The notes below the pieces were generated by a model. The model saw only the letters and a list, made by a program, of their open reading frames with translations, did not search any database and was not told where the DNA came from. Below are positions 48,341 through 62,100 of a DNA stretch of 64,000 nt, piece by piece. How positions within the stretch are numbered: position 1 is the stretch's first letter; each line of letters starts with the position of its first letter. Source of the stretch: Owenia fusiformis (taxonomy: Eukaryota); the NCBI GenBank assembly GCA_903813345.2, contig CAIIXF020000001.1, forward strand, positions 29,760,001-29,824,000. The letters are read 5' to 3'. Made by a program: the position numbers and the translations under genes.

Positions 48341-48673
48341 TAAACCTGTTATTGCCAAAGGCAGATCATTACTAATGATATGCTATAAAATGGTGTATTT
48401 TAATATACCTTCAGTTGGCTCAACTGTGACCAATTCAAATGAGTTAGTTAAGATTCATTTCGAAATCTTTCCTGAATATTGTATCATGTTTATTACTAAT
48501 ATCCTACTAAACCCAGATACTTTTTCTTTTCAGAACTCTTTTAAGGTAGCTTTACTGTACAAGTGATCTAAAGACAAGATGTTTGTACTGATGAGTGAAT
48601 AGTTAGGATAACTTAAAAACTTTTTAATTTGGACAATTTTAACATTCAGACAATGACATCAAAGTTCCAATTA

Positions 48674-48851
48674 CAGTAAAACCTGTCTTAGTGAACACCT
48701 CTCTCTAGTGAACACCTGTCCCTAGTGGACACTCTTCCTACGCACATAGTCCACTGACTTCTGTATAAATTACCCTCTCTCTAGTGAACACCTACCTACA
48801 GTGAACGTTTTTTCTTGGCAAAAAAATGTTCACTATACACAAGTTTTACTG
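48674..48851. mobile_element. Pogo/Tigger-like MITE
   Basis: ta|cagtaaaacctgt ... acaagttttactg|ta with internal agtgaacacct repeats. Confidence 0.72.
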
Positions 48852-50408
48852 TATATACAACTACAAAAGAATGTTGAAGTATCCCCAAAATAAATGAGGG
48901 AAGCCTTAAGAAAACAGCTTCGCTAATGCCTCAGTCACATATGATCTATGGCAACTGTAAGGCGTCTGTAGCTTTCCAAAATCGAGAGAAATATGCAGCA
49001 TAAAATATAGTGATAAGCAGTACGATGTAGATTTTCTATTTTGTGTAGCTACAGCTGCTGTAGTACAAAAATGTGACTGAGTCTTTAGGATGAGACTAAT
49101 TCAAATGGATGATAAGACTAACATAAACATAATATTCTAATATATCGATATTCTAACACTAATGAACCTTACTTATGAAGATTTACAGGCTATTGAGTCG
49201 ACCACCATCACTGACTTAAATAACGGGTTAATCAGGCTATTTAAGCAGCTACAAACACCGAATTGTGGTCTGTTCGCCATTGTGGGATTCAGTCTCTACT
49301 ATCCCTTGGTACAAGCTTTTGATAAAGAGAGACAGATACATCAGAATGTCCTTTCGTTAATTTAACCAAACAGCTTTATTATAATCGATCTTTACAGAGG
49401 CATAAATGTCATGTGATCATTGATCACTGTTAGTTGACGAACAGGTTGTTCGTTATTTCAAATTCAAAATGACGAGTTTAATTTTGCAAATTATTAGATT
49501 AATCCTGCAGTTGCATTCTCAATTGCTTGACTGGATCCAATTGGCTTCATTGTTTGCTCTTAGCCTTTAAAGTTACATAAGACATGATTTACTAAAATTG
49601 TTTTACCAGAAAGCAATCACATTTTCGCGGCTATTAAATTTCGCAGTTTTCACAAGTTCAAATTTCATTATCCTCTGAATCTTCAAGTTTTGTAAACTAA
49701 GTTACCTTTAATACATTAGTTGTAGTTACATCCAACTCAGTGTAATATTTGGATAAAATTCATAATTACTAGATCTTTGAGACGGTATGCTGCACCCCAA
49801 CCACTATTACATCGTCATTTTTAGTCTAACTGATCCAATAAGCCAGTGTAAGAGAAATGCTATATCCCATTTATCACCCAATAACACTGGATGAACGTGA
49901 TGAAATGCATTTGAGTCCCAGGTAATAAAAAATTCCACAGGGATTTAATTTGCATATTTCGAGACAATTCATTTTCAATGATTTTACAGCAAAATCGCAA
50001 AAAGTGCGGAAGTAAATCACATGCGACAAATACCGGGAGTACAGTAAATTCATTACTTATAAGTGGACACAAATAATTCAGTTTTGATTAGTATTGTGTA
50101 TATAAGAATAACTGCATGTAGATGTACTTTCATTAATACAAAGATACTATGTAAGACTGGAGTTTAACAAGAACTGTAAATATACATGGGGTTCTATAAT
50201 ATTTTTACATGTATATGAATATGACATGTATGATGCCCACTTTACTTTTTAACAACAATCTCTGTTACTGTACATTCTGTGAAACAATGTTTAAACTCAT
50301 TTGTAAATAAATCTCAATTATATATGATGAACATTTTTTTTGTGTTTATGGATTATAGTATAGATGGGCCAAAAATGGGACAGTCACGTCATGAAAATAA
50401 ATGTGTCT

Positions 50409-50575
50409 TACCTTGTATTCGCGAATGCAACTAACGCCTGTCGGCCACCGGATTAACCTATATGGATTTGAATGGAATAGTGGCAGGTACTATTCATATT
50501 TAAATGAGTTGCCCATAAAATAGTAGGTTAATCCGGTAGCCGACAGGCGTTAGTTGCATTCGTGAATACAAGTTA
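50409..50575. mobile_element. Palindromic MITE
   Basis: cttgtattcgcgaatgcaactaacgcctgtcggc.accggattaaccta and its reverse complement; a degenerate relative lies at ~33510-33720. Confidence 0.72.
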
Positions 50576-50680
50576 ACATTTGTGAATGTTGTATAACATT
50601 TTTTAAATAACTTTAAAATGGCTGCTAGAATCCATTTGTTTTATCATCTCTACAAAAAAGCCATTATTTAAGGAAAAAAT

Positions 50681-50818
50681 AATGATAGGCCATTCAATAT
50701 GGTGAAATTCAGCACAAGTTGGACAGAATGTCATACACAGCACAGGTGAGTGCATTTGTACTGACATACTGTTCAACAAGTGTAGAATTTCACCATATTG
50801 AATGGCCTATCATTATTT
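50681..50818. repeat. Inverted repeat or hairpin element
   Basis: aataatgataggccattcaatatggtgaaattc ... gaatttcaccatattgaatggcctatcattatt. Confidence 0.8.
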
Positions 50819-51188
50819 ATTCCAATTCAAACATAAAAAAATAAAACAATATTTAGAAAATTGGGGTCTATAAAATAACCAAACTTGCTGTTATTTTCGC
50901 CATTCATAGGTGTGACATCACAATACATAGATACCCAGATGATTGAATAGAGCACGGTTATGCATGTATGTAAAATACAGAACGTTCATTATTGGCCATA
51001 TGCTGCATTCTGATTGGTTGAGAAATTCAATTAGAGCAGGGTCATGTTTGGATAAAGTATATTCAAAAGGAAGCTACATTGGAACCAAACTGAAGAGTTG
51101 GGCATCCACATATCACAAACATTTTGAATTTATTTATTTATGATTTATTTTTATTATATGTCTGACCTGATAACAATTCCATCAATTT

Positions 51189-52601
51189 ATCACAATACAT
51201 TGGATGTAATTCACACAGCTAGGCAAGGTGTGTCACAATCACAATACATTGTATGTAATTCACATATAGCTAGGCAAGGTGTGTCACAATCACAATACAC
51301 TGTATGTAATTCACATATAGCTAGGCAAGGTGTGTCACAATCACAATACAATGTATGTAATTCACAAATAGCTAGGCAAGGTGTGTCACAATCACAATAC
51401 ATTGGATGTAATTCACATATAGCTAGGCAAGGTGTGTCACAATCACAATACATTGTATGTAATTCACACATAGCTAAGCAAGGTGTGTCACAATCACAAT
51501 ACATTGTACGTAATTCACACATAGCTAAGCAAGGTGTGTCACAATCACAATACATTGTATGTAATTCACATATAGCTAAGCAAGGTGTGTCACAATCACA
51601 ATACATTGTATGTAATTCACACATAGCTAGGCAAGGTGTGTCACAATCACAATACATTGTACGTAATTCACACATAGCTAAGCAAGGTGTGTCACAATCA
51701 CAATACATTGTATGTAATTCACATATAGCTAAGCAAGGTGTGTCACAATCACAATACATTGTATGTAATTCACACATAGCTAGGCAAGGTGTGTCACAAT
51801 CACAACATTGTATGTAATTTACACATAGCTAATCAAGGTGTGTCACAATCACAATACATTGTATGTAATTCGCACATAGCTAGGCAAGGTGTGTCACAAT
51901 CACAACATTGTATGTAATTCACACATAGCTAGGCAAGGTGTGTCACAATCACAATACATTGTATGTAATTTACACATAGCTAATCAAGGTGTGTCACAAT
52001 CACAATACATTGTATGTAATTCACACATAGCTAGGCAAGGTGTGTCACAATCACAATACATTGTATGTAATTTACACATAGCTAATCAAGGTGTGTCACA
52101 ATCAGAATACATTGTATGTAATTCACACATAGCTAGGCAAGGTGTGTCACAATCACAACATTGTATGTAATTCACACATAGCTAGGCAAGGTGTGTCACA
52201 ATCACAATACATTGTATGTAATTTACACATAGCTAATCAAGGTGTGTCACAATCAGAATACATTGTATGTAATTCACACATAGCTAGGCAAGGTGTGTCA
52301 CAATCACAACATTGTATGTAATTCACACATAGCTAGGCAAGGTGTGTCACAATCACAATACATTGTATGTAATTTACACATAGCTAATCAAGGTGTGTCA
52401 CAATCACAATACATTGTATGTAATTCACACATAGCTAGGCAAGGTGTGTCACAATCACAACATTGTATGTAATTCACACATAGCTAGGCAAGGTGTGTCA
52501 CAATCACAATACATTGTATGTAATTTACACATAGCTAATCAAGGTGTGTCACAATCACAATACATTGTATGTAATTCACACATAGCTAGGCAAGGTGTGT
52601 C
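51189..52601. repeat. 51-bp (and 49-bp variant) minisatellite, ~28 copies
   Basis: Unit atcacaatacattgtatgtaattcacacatagctaggcaaggtgtgtcaca. Confidence 0.97.
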
Positions 52602-53178
52602 GAAATCCAGCCAATCTTAACACAGTATTTCACATAACAGCAGTGCATGAAATAACCAATAACGCATTTGTTGTATGGTTGTCATCATGGTGAGAACTAA
52701 ACTCACTGATTGGAAATGATGCTTTACCAATTTGACCCTTGCAAAAAGTTTCATTGAAAATATCTTCTTTTGGTGATTTTATATCCTTTAAGTGACATGG
52801 AAGAAAATATTTTGCAATGTGTGAAAAGAATTTAAGCCCAAGACGCAATGTATTGTGGATTGACCAAAAAATTAACACTCGATGCAAAGCATCTCATGCA
52901 AATTTTGGAAAGCAAAACCTTTAAGGAATGGTCATTCCACATTGCACAGAGTCAAGGACTTAAATCCTTAATTATAATTTTTGTCCAACCTATAATAATA
53001 TCTTGATCAGTGGATCTGGGATACTTTTAATCAAATTCACCAAAAACATTGTTGACCAGGTGGTTTTCTGTGATTAATCATGGATTAATATACTACTGAG
53101 AATTTTATAATTGAACTTGTAGTCTTACAGGATTTTATTTTGGACGGAATTAGTAACTGCAATTCGAGACACCTCTCA

Positions 53179-56100
53179 TTAAAATAAGGTAGCTTCTAGC
53201 TGATGACCTCTATTAATTATTTCAGTCTTAAGTTTCTCTGCTTGAAATCGTTCAAAACATCTGTTGATGTATGGAAGACAAATTGTGACATCATCATCCT
53301 TTGGCAGTACATTCAGGAAGACCTTAGGAGGAAGTAACTCAACCATTCGGGAAAGTGTCTCTGCAAATACAAATATATCTGTTTGATCTATGTCATACAT
53401 GTGACATACATGTTGGGGGATATTATTTTCAAAGGTGTCCGATGAATCAAAGATTGGTCATCAAATTTCAATACAAGGTAATAACACCAACTACCTGCCA
53501 TTTGTTACAGACACTGAACACCAACTGAACTGCTAGATGCCGAACACAGACCACCGAACACTGTCCACAAAAAATTTGGAGACTATAACGATATGTCACC
53601 ACCGTATTTAAAGCTGGGGCTGAACTATTTTCACTTTGAAATGAAACATGACATGAAGCACTAATTAGAACATGAAAAGCAGTAACAAATCCCACCCAAC
53701 AAACATATTTCATAGAATAATTCATCATTTTGAATATTACTTGATAGTAAAACAAACACCAATGACATGATTCAATACTATATAAGATATTCCTTGAGTA
53801 CACATCACACAGCAATCTGACAACTGGCATTTGAGATATCAAAAAAGTTTTTTTTATGATAAAGTCGTGACCATTCAAAATTGAGCAGCCATATTAGAAA
53901 TCTCATCTTGAACAGAGATTCTATCCCTGGAAAACATTTATCTATCAAATTTGGATCAAACTTGTATTTAAATGATGCAGCAGCCATTTTGATTTCAGAA
54001 GCTATCTTGAAAATTTCCTCTTGAGCAGAGATATCCTTAAAATATCAGCATTTAAGTTTTGAACCAAATCCATCAAATGAGATTTGAGTTATTACAACTT
54101 TATGAGAAATGTTGGCCATTTTGAACATCAACCAGTATTTGAGTTGACGCTCCTTGACAGATGAATGGAGGGATGATGGATGGATGGATAAACAGACAGA
54201 CTAATGGACAGCTGCTCTATATCCTCTTCAGTATGAGAATAATAATCACCTATCTACCCAACCACCCACCTTTACCCATCCCTTAAGTACAAAAAGACCC
54301 TCATGAGAATATACCATACCTTTCAATGTATTCTCATACATATCTTTTGACTCAGCGCAAGTCTCAAGCTCGATCCTTGATAACATAACAGTCAACAGAT
54401 ATGACCACTGAAAATAGAGGGAAAACAAAGAACTTATTCCAGAATATGTTTTTACTATTTAAAATAGAGGCATCTACACTGTAAACAAATAGTCAGTTTT
54501 CATCCTGTTTCTCCAAGGTCAGTTAAACCTTTCTCTATAGGTAAAGTCCTTCAGTAGAAAGTGGGCAGATCCAAAGTTATAACTTGTGTAGTGAAATATA
54601 TAAAATATATAGCAAATATTTATTCAGATGTTAACTGTACCTGGTTAGCATTAGTGTAGAATTGCGAAGCAGTGTAAATGGGTAGAACACTAGGAAAATG
54701 ATCCAAGAGAATATCTAGAGGGAGGGTGGCACACTCCATACAGAGACATAACACCTCTAATGATCTCTGCCCTCTGATTGGTCCACTAGGTCCTTGGGCG
54801 CACCCTGCAATTGGTTCACTATAGCTTTGATTTTGGTCTTTATGTGGTTCACTCAGACCTTTTGTGGTCTGTCTGAGGGGTCCTTTACTGTCTTTGGTGC
54901 CCACTCTGTTTGGTCCATTATGACTGTGTGTCTTCTCAAGCACCAATTGGTACAAGTTATTGTCAGTATGGCTTGAGCAGAGTAAGGACTAAAAACAAGA
55001 AAACAGCCAGTATGTAGTTTCAATGTGGATTTGTTCTAATAAGTCACTTTTGTACAATAACAACAACATATCCATTCTCAACTACTTTAAAAATAACCAA
55101 TGATAATTTACTAGTCAAACAAAAGTCAACGGAGAGCAACAAGGATAAAATTGAGTTCGCCAAATTTTTCAATATTGCAAGTCTGCCAAATGTCCAAAAC
55201 AGCAAATCCGCCAAAATATGTAGCACCAAATTAAGGAGAAGTACAGTAACCTTAAAACGTGAAGAAATGAAATCTGCAAACCTGAATTATGGCCTAGTCA
55301 CATAGCCCGGCCGATGAGGTTACGATGAGCCAGCGATGCAATTTTCACCGAACTCGGCCGAACACCGGCCGGACATCCGTGGCGTTTGTTGCTTAAAACC
55401 GCATCGGTGGTAGCTCGGTGAAATTTTAACTTCGGAGTTAAATTTCACCGGGCTCTCACCAAGCTCCCTCATCATGTCATCGCAGCCCAATCGTAACCAC
55501 ATCGGAAAACACCTCGGCCAGTGCACGGCCGAGTATCGGCCGGTGTCCCGTGCATCTGAGACAACCAGAGGACTAGGTTTTTTAACGGACAGCGGCCGAG
55601 CTCCGACCGAGCTCCGGCCGATGTTGGACAGAGCATCGGCCGGTCACTGTTCAAAGCCCGTTAACAACCTGGCCGGCGATCGCACGGTGTCCTGTTACCT
55701 GCTCGGGTACCGGCCGTATTCCTTCCGATGTCAAGCCGACCTCCGGCCGGTAGTTGCTGCCACATCGGCAGAAAAAAACTACCATTTTGAGACAGACTCC
55801 GTACGGTCACCGGCCGGTGTTCGGTCGGTCGCCTGAAGATGTCCGGACGGAGTCCGTTCACGTCACCGGGCTCTGCTTCCGATGAGGAGAGCTCGGTGGC
55901 ACCAAAAAAATCCACCGAGCTCTACCGATGCCGGACATCGGCCGGGCTATGTGACTAGGCCATTAATTTTGCCTATATGAAGTTTTGGGATTAATTCTGC
56001 ATACCTGAAGTTTTAGCAGGTCCTCATTGCAGCAACAACAGGGACAGGTACCATATCCATCCCCCTGGTCTGAAGATGGAGCCCTATTTATATCTGTAGG

Positions 56101-59100
56101 TTTATTAAGGTATAGACAAGGTCTCTGCCTCATATTTGCACCTTAAAAACAATATTTATTCCATATTTACATTTGATATTCAAAGGACATCATGTCAAAA
56201 TAAAAATGGTATCTTAGTAGCAAATTGAAAAATATCATGATTTGGGCTTTAAAGCCATGAGACATGGCAATGTATCCAACAGTTAAAGGATGTATATAAC
56301 TATATAAAACAATTTGATAGTTATATACAATCTTTAACAGATTTTTTCATTTGATCAGCCATTTGGTAAAATGACAAGCACGTTTAACTATGAAGTAAAA
56401 AGAGCATCAAATGATTAACTCATGATATGGTTTCATTATTATATACTCTTTTGCTTTGATCAGAACTGAGCCATTCCTTTTATTTAAAGCGGCTCTAAGG
56501 TCTGTGGAGAGAAAAATGGAGAAATTTTACCTTTTCTGAGCTATCAGGGCGAAGTTTGGTCTAACATCTTCTTCCTTATTCCTATTTTATAAAAATGTAT
56601 GCATATGGCAATATTCATCAACCAGTAGAACTGGCAAATCGTTTAGAATCTACAATTCCATACAAGGAGTCCCACTCATAAATTTTTTCAAATTCATTCC
56701 AAGTCGACGTCGAAACACCTAGCGGGTGAATTTGAAACTAATTTTTCTGGTCGCTTGAATCGATAAAATCTCTGACAGTGTGAGTCTTTTTAAGAAAACT
56801 TTCTTATAGAAATCACTTGACGATTATTAGAAAGCATTAAAAGTTGAAACTGAAGCGTAATCTGAAATAAAAGTGAAAAAAATTGCGCGGACGACAGAGA
56901 ACAAACTTCCGGTTTAATAAAAAATGGCGGAGACGAAAGGAGAAATGAAGACGAAAAATTGGAGGATTTTCCTTTGCCATTATCGATCGATATAAGGTAT
57001 GTGCACAAATTCTAGTTGCATTCATGGAAAATAGATACATTTTTGAAGGCAACAACATATTCAAAGCTTTCATTTTACGATAGGCCCAGGATCAATGGAT
57101 ACGACTCGGCAGTCGATAATCCCACTTTAAGCAGGCCCATGGCCAGGATTTGCCAAGGGGGGTTCACTTTTTGAAAAATTCCAGGGAGGGTTCACTTGTG
57201 ACAATATTGGTCCAAAAATTTAAAAAGTGCTCAGAATGGTGAAAACCAGCATGATTTTGAAAGATTTTTTAGCTATGGGCCTGTTAAGGATATGACATTT
57301 ATAGTAACACAGCCTTTCATGGAGGATATGCAAAACCATATTCATTCATCATCTAGCTTTTTCAAGTCAACATTTTCATCATCGCAGCAAGACAAAAACA
57401 GATCATAAATTACCATATCTTACCTTGGAATGGTGGCAGGTCATCTAGCCAGCCAAACCTCTTGGCAAAATGGCCCCTACCCCTTGGCTGAAATTAAAAA
57501 CATTTGAACTAGAATGAATAGTACCATGGGTACTGCGGTCACATGGGAAGAGTTCAATATTTTTAATGTTTACAGTAGGAGCATTAAGTTTTTTGCAAAT
57601 TATAAAAGGTTGATAATTATTTTGTAAAAGTACTTGGCTAGCTGAACTGAAAATTCAATTAATTCATAATAATAACTGTCATGTCGACCCATGATTATAA
57701 AATTTCTACTTTATCAATATGTATCAAGCATATTATTCTGCCTTGAAATAGCAAAACATTTATTCACTCATATTATTTAAAGATGGCAGCTCAATGCAAG
57801 CAATTAAGAAAACAACATACTGTACATAATACAGGATGTTTCCTTAGGCAAGTTAGGGCAGTTATTAGGACAAAACTCCATGTACATTTACATTTTTGGC
57901 CAATATAATATATCTACCCTCCGGACCTACGGCCCTCGGGCAGATGTATTATATTGGCCTCAGGATAATCCCAATATCCTGAACCTCATATAGGATAATC
58001 TCTATTTATCCCATACTTAGTAGTGTTATAGGTGAATACAGGCCTGTCAACTTGGGAACACCTAACATGAGTGACTTGGAAATGTTGAACACCTCCCCTC
58101 AAAATGTGGACACCTTGGTCCAAATCTGAACACCTTTATCCAAATTTTGAACACCTTGGTTTCCATATTATTACATCTTGCCAAATTTTGAACACCTCAA
58201 ATTTTTCGCAAGTATATTCCTCAGATATACCTTGCATCAAATATATCTCCCGCTGAGGTGAGCGGGAGATATATATCACCCCCTCATCAGCAATCCCAGG
58301 AAATTTCTTTCGGTGCTTTTTTGAATATTCCCGGAATATACTTTGGCTCTATTTGAAAAATATTAATTTCATACACTGTTAAATGTTAAAAGCTGTTGAG
58401 TTTAAAATAAAACAAAAATTGTTGAGGACTTTAAATTGAGATAAAATATTCATGTTTTGATTGTAATTATCGTTTGTAATTACTACATTAGGATTCCCTA
58501 ACATTTAATGCATATTTAATTCTCCCTACGGTCCCTCGGGTAGATGTATTGTATTTCCCTCAGATATACCTTGCATCAAAAACCTCCCATTAAATAACCT
58601 TTATGTAACACCTACTATATGTGTATGTGACACAGGCTGAAGTTCTCTGGGTAAAGGTCTCCAATGGGCTAGTCGCTCAAGGTAAATCTCACACAACTGC
58701 CTCTACAACACAAAAATTACCCAGTTCAACACAAGAATAATCAAATTAAAATACAAGTTGACAAATTTCCAAGTACCAAAGGGGTGTGTACACTGGTACA
58801 TGGTACAGTAAAATATATCATTACTTGCTGAAGTCTCGGTATACAGAAATAAAATATACACATCTATCACTTGGATTTCTTATTCAGAGGGGGAAGATTT
58901 AGAACAGATAATATAAGTTATTGAATGATTTGAAGTGCAATACAGGATATATTCTGTTCGAGAAATTCCGTATTGGAACGAGACGAAGTCGAGTGCCAAT
59001 ACAGAATATCGAGACAGAATATATCCTGTATTGCACTTCAAATCATTCAATAACGTTTTTATCGTGTTATCCTCTGTATTGCTACTGAGATTGTCTCCTC

Positions 59101-62100
59101 CGTACCAATATTTTCTGTATTGCGACGGAGATGATCAACGTGGACAATCTCAGTAGCAATACAGATTGGTACAGCACAAGAACTGACCAATCAGAGGGCT
59201 TCATTTTACAGATCATACGATAAAGGTACTTACTGAAACTTGTGGAAATATTGCATTGCGCTTGTCATCTGGAACAAAACAATATCTTCAATCAGCCATC
59301 ACATAGAATAATAACAGGACTAGAGTAGCAAATACCAATGAACAAATTTTTTTCTCAAACGGTTGTGTACTATTTATAACGATTCCTCATTTTAAATATA
59401 CATTTCAATAAGTTTTCCTCTATGAACAGGAGGGAATGACTGTATGAGAAAATGCTAGGTCTGTTATTTTTTCACTTTTCAGTTCTTACATCATGACTAG
59501 TAGATGTGAAATGCTTACCATTGAGCAAGGCCTCTAGGAAGAGAATGACATGCTGGTTTTCAGACACTAATCCATCACAGCTCACCTGTAGGTACATGAA
59601 CAGGGTATAAGTACATGAACAGGGTATAAGTACATGAACAGGGTACAAGTACATGAACAAGGTACAAGTAGATGAACAAGGTACAAGTACATGAACATGG
59701 TATAAGTACATGAACAGGGTATAAGTACATGAACAAGGTATAAGTACATGAACAAGGTATAAGTACATGAACATGGTATAAGTACATGAACAGGGTATAA
59801 GTACATGAACAAGGTATAAGTACATAAACAGGGTATAAGTACATGAAGAGGGTATAAGTACATGGATAGGGTATAAGTACATGAACAAGGTATAAGTACA
59901 TGGAAAGGGTATAATTACATGAAGAGGGTATAAATATATGAACACGGTATAAGTACATGATTAGGGTATAAGTATATGGGCAGGGTATAAGTACATGAAC
60001 GGGGTATAAGTACATGGAAAGGGTATAAGTATATAAACAGGGTATAATTACATGAGGAGGGTGTAACTATATGAACACGATATAAGTACATGAACACGGT
60101 ATAAGTACATGATTAGGGTATAAGTATATGGGCAGGGTATAAGTACATGAACAGGGTATAATTACATGGATAGGGTATAAGTACATGAACAAGGTATAAG
60201 TACATGGAAAGGGTATAAGTATATAAACAGGGTATAATTACATGAGGAGGGTATAACTATATGAACACGATATAAGTACATGAACACGGTATAAGTACAT
60301 GATAAGGGTATAAGTACATGGGCAGGGTATAAGTACATGAACAGGGTATAAGTACATGAGCAGGGTATAAGTACATGAACAAGGTATAAGTACATGAACA
60401 GGATATAAGTACATGAACAGGGTATAAGTACATGAACAGGGTACGCATGCATGAACAGATTATAAGTACATGAGCAGGGTATAAGTACATGAACAGGGTT
60501 AAGTACATGAGCAGGGTATAAGTACATGAACTGGGTACAAGTGCATGAACAGGATATAAGTACAGCACCATAATATGAAGAGAAATGCTTGACATTGACA
60601 AAAAATCACATACAATTACTCACTGATAAAGATATAATTCTATGCAACTGTGTTCTTACAATGTGTTTTTCAAAGATTTAACATCATACTGTTCTGAGTT
60701 TTATGAGTTCTGAGTACAATGTGTGGATTCCAGGTAGTTAGTGATCAAAATTCTGCAAATCAGTTATTGACAGATTGACTGAGGCAATTCTGTCTGCTTT
60801 CTGAAAATGGAAAACTTGGAGTGATAAATAATAACATCTAAAAAATCAAGTTGTTTTCTTTGTAAACTCTAGTTCCATAAATATCCAACACCTGGCTTTA
60901 TGTACATTGGTTCCATTTAACAGTTTTGACCACTTCAGTTTTGGTTTTCATCCTGACCCAGCACTTTCATGTGTTCAAGATTACACCATCACAATGATCA
61001 CATCCAATCTGGACTGTTCAGTTACTCTATCAGTATTTCAATATCAAATACAGTCGCATCAAACATTACAGGGTTCACAACTAATGTTGAAAACATGATT
61101 GCCACAATTTAACATATTGACATTCAGTCCACTGCCCAACAGGCAATTCTTTTTTTAAGTTCCTTGCCAACAAATTGGCAGTTGGACGATTGTGGGTTTC
61201 AAGCCCTGAATCATGAACATGCTCTCTCTCTTTTAGTACTTTAAGGCAATGACGTAAATTAAGACCTTGAAGAATATACATTCTTGTTAGCACTCATTAT
61301 CAATTTCAAAATTAATAAGGATTTTTCCTAATTGGCTATTAATTACTAAAATATATGACATAAACATTATTATATTATATACATGTATGTGATAATAAAT
61401 AACGCTATGTGTGGGTGTTATTGCTTCAAGATTTGTGCATTTGCGGAAGGGTGTGGGAAGCTTGATGGTGCTTCTGGACAAAAAATTAACTGCTTATTAG
61501 CCATTGGATATAAAATATAGGTATTTGATGTAAGTGTTAATTAGCCAATTCTACCAAGTACACTTCTTCAATTTCTGTTTCCTGAGCAAAATATGGCCCA
61601 ATACTAGTTGCATAGGGCACAGGTGAGGGAAAAATAAAAGACAATAGGCCCAATAGAAAATGGATTATTTTTACCTGAAGTAACTTAACAGTTGTCTCCA
61701 TGGTGAGCACATTGTTGTCATACAGGCCTATTAAGATACTGATGAACTGCTTTGGGTGCCTCTGTCGGATTAACTGAAAAATGGACATAAACAGAACATT
61801 TAATCTAAAATATATCATATTGCTTAAGTTTTGTAAGAAACCAATGATTATAGTCCACAATTAAGTTGAAGATTTCATCTTATGATTGAGACTTCTTCAG
61901 ATTAAGTCCTTTTTGACTGAACATCTTTTTAAAAAAAAAACATGCGCAAAATATTATTTGCCTTAAAAAACTTGTGCAAAGTACACCAAATCACAGAACT
62001 GTTGATCAAAAGAGCAAGCCAGAAGATACCTACTTGTGCCAGTGGAGTGAATGTAGCCAGGCTATCGTGTAACATAGAATGTTCAGCCAGGCATATATTC

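Noticed and set aside
51140-52170. 225-aa and 188-aa repetitive ORFs (ARQGVSQSQY / CDCDTPC, metallothionein-like look)
   Set aside because: A 51-bp satellite is open on both strands by chance; 49-bp units break the frame, and no splice or promoter context is evident.
55320-55915. Overlapping ORFs in the GC-rich island
   Set aside because: They are a by-product of high GC within a MITE, with no transposase or other recognisable motif.
59472-60601. Hydrophobic repetitive ORFs (MYLYPVHVLIPCSCTY)
   Set aside because: 20-bp minisatellite; only 59519-59585 appears to be a real exon.
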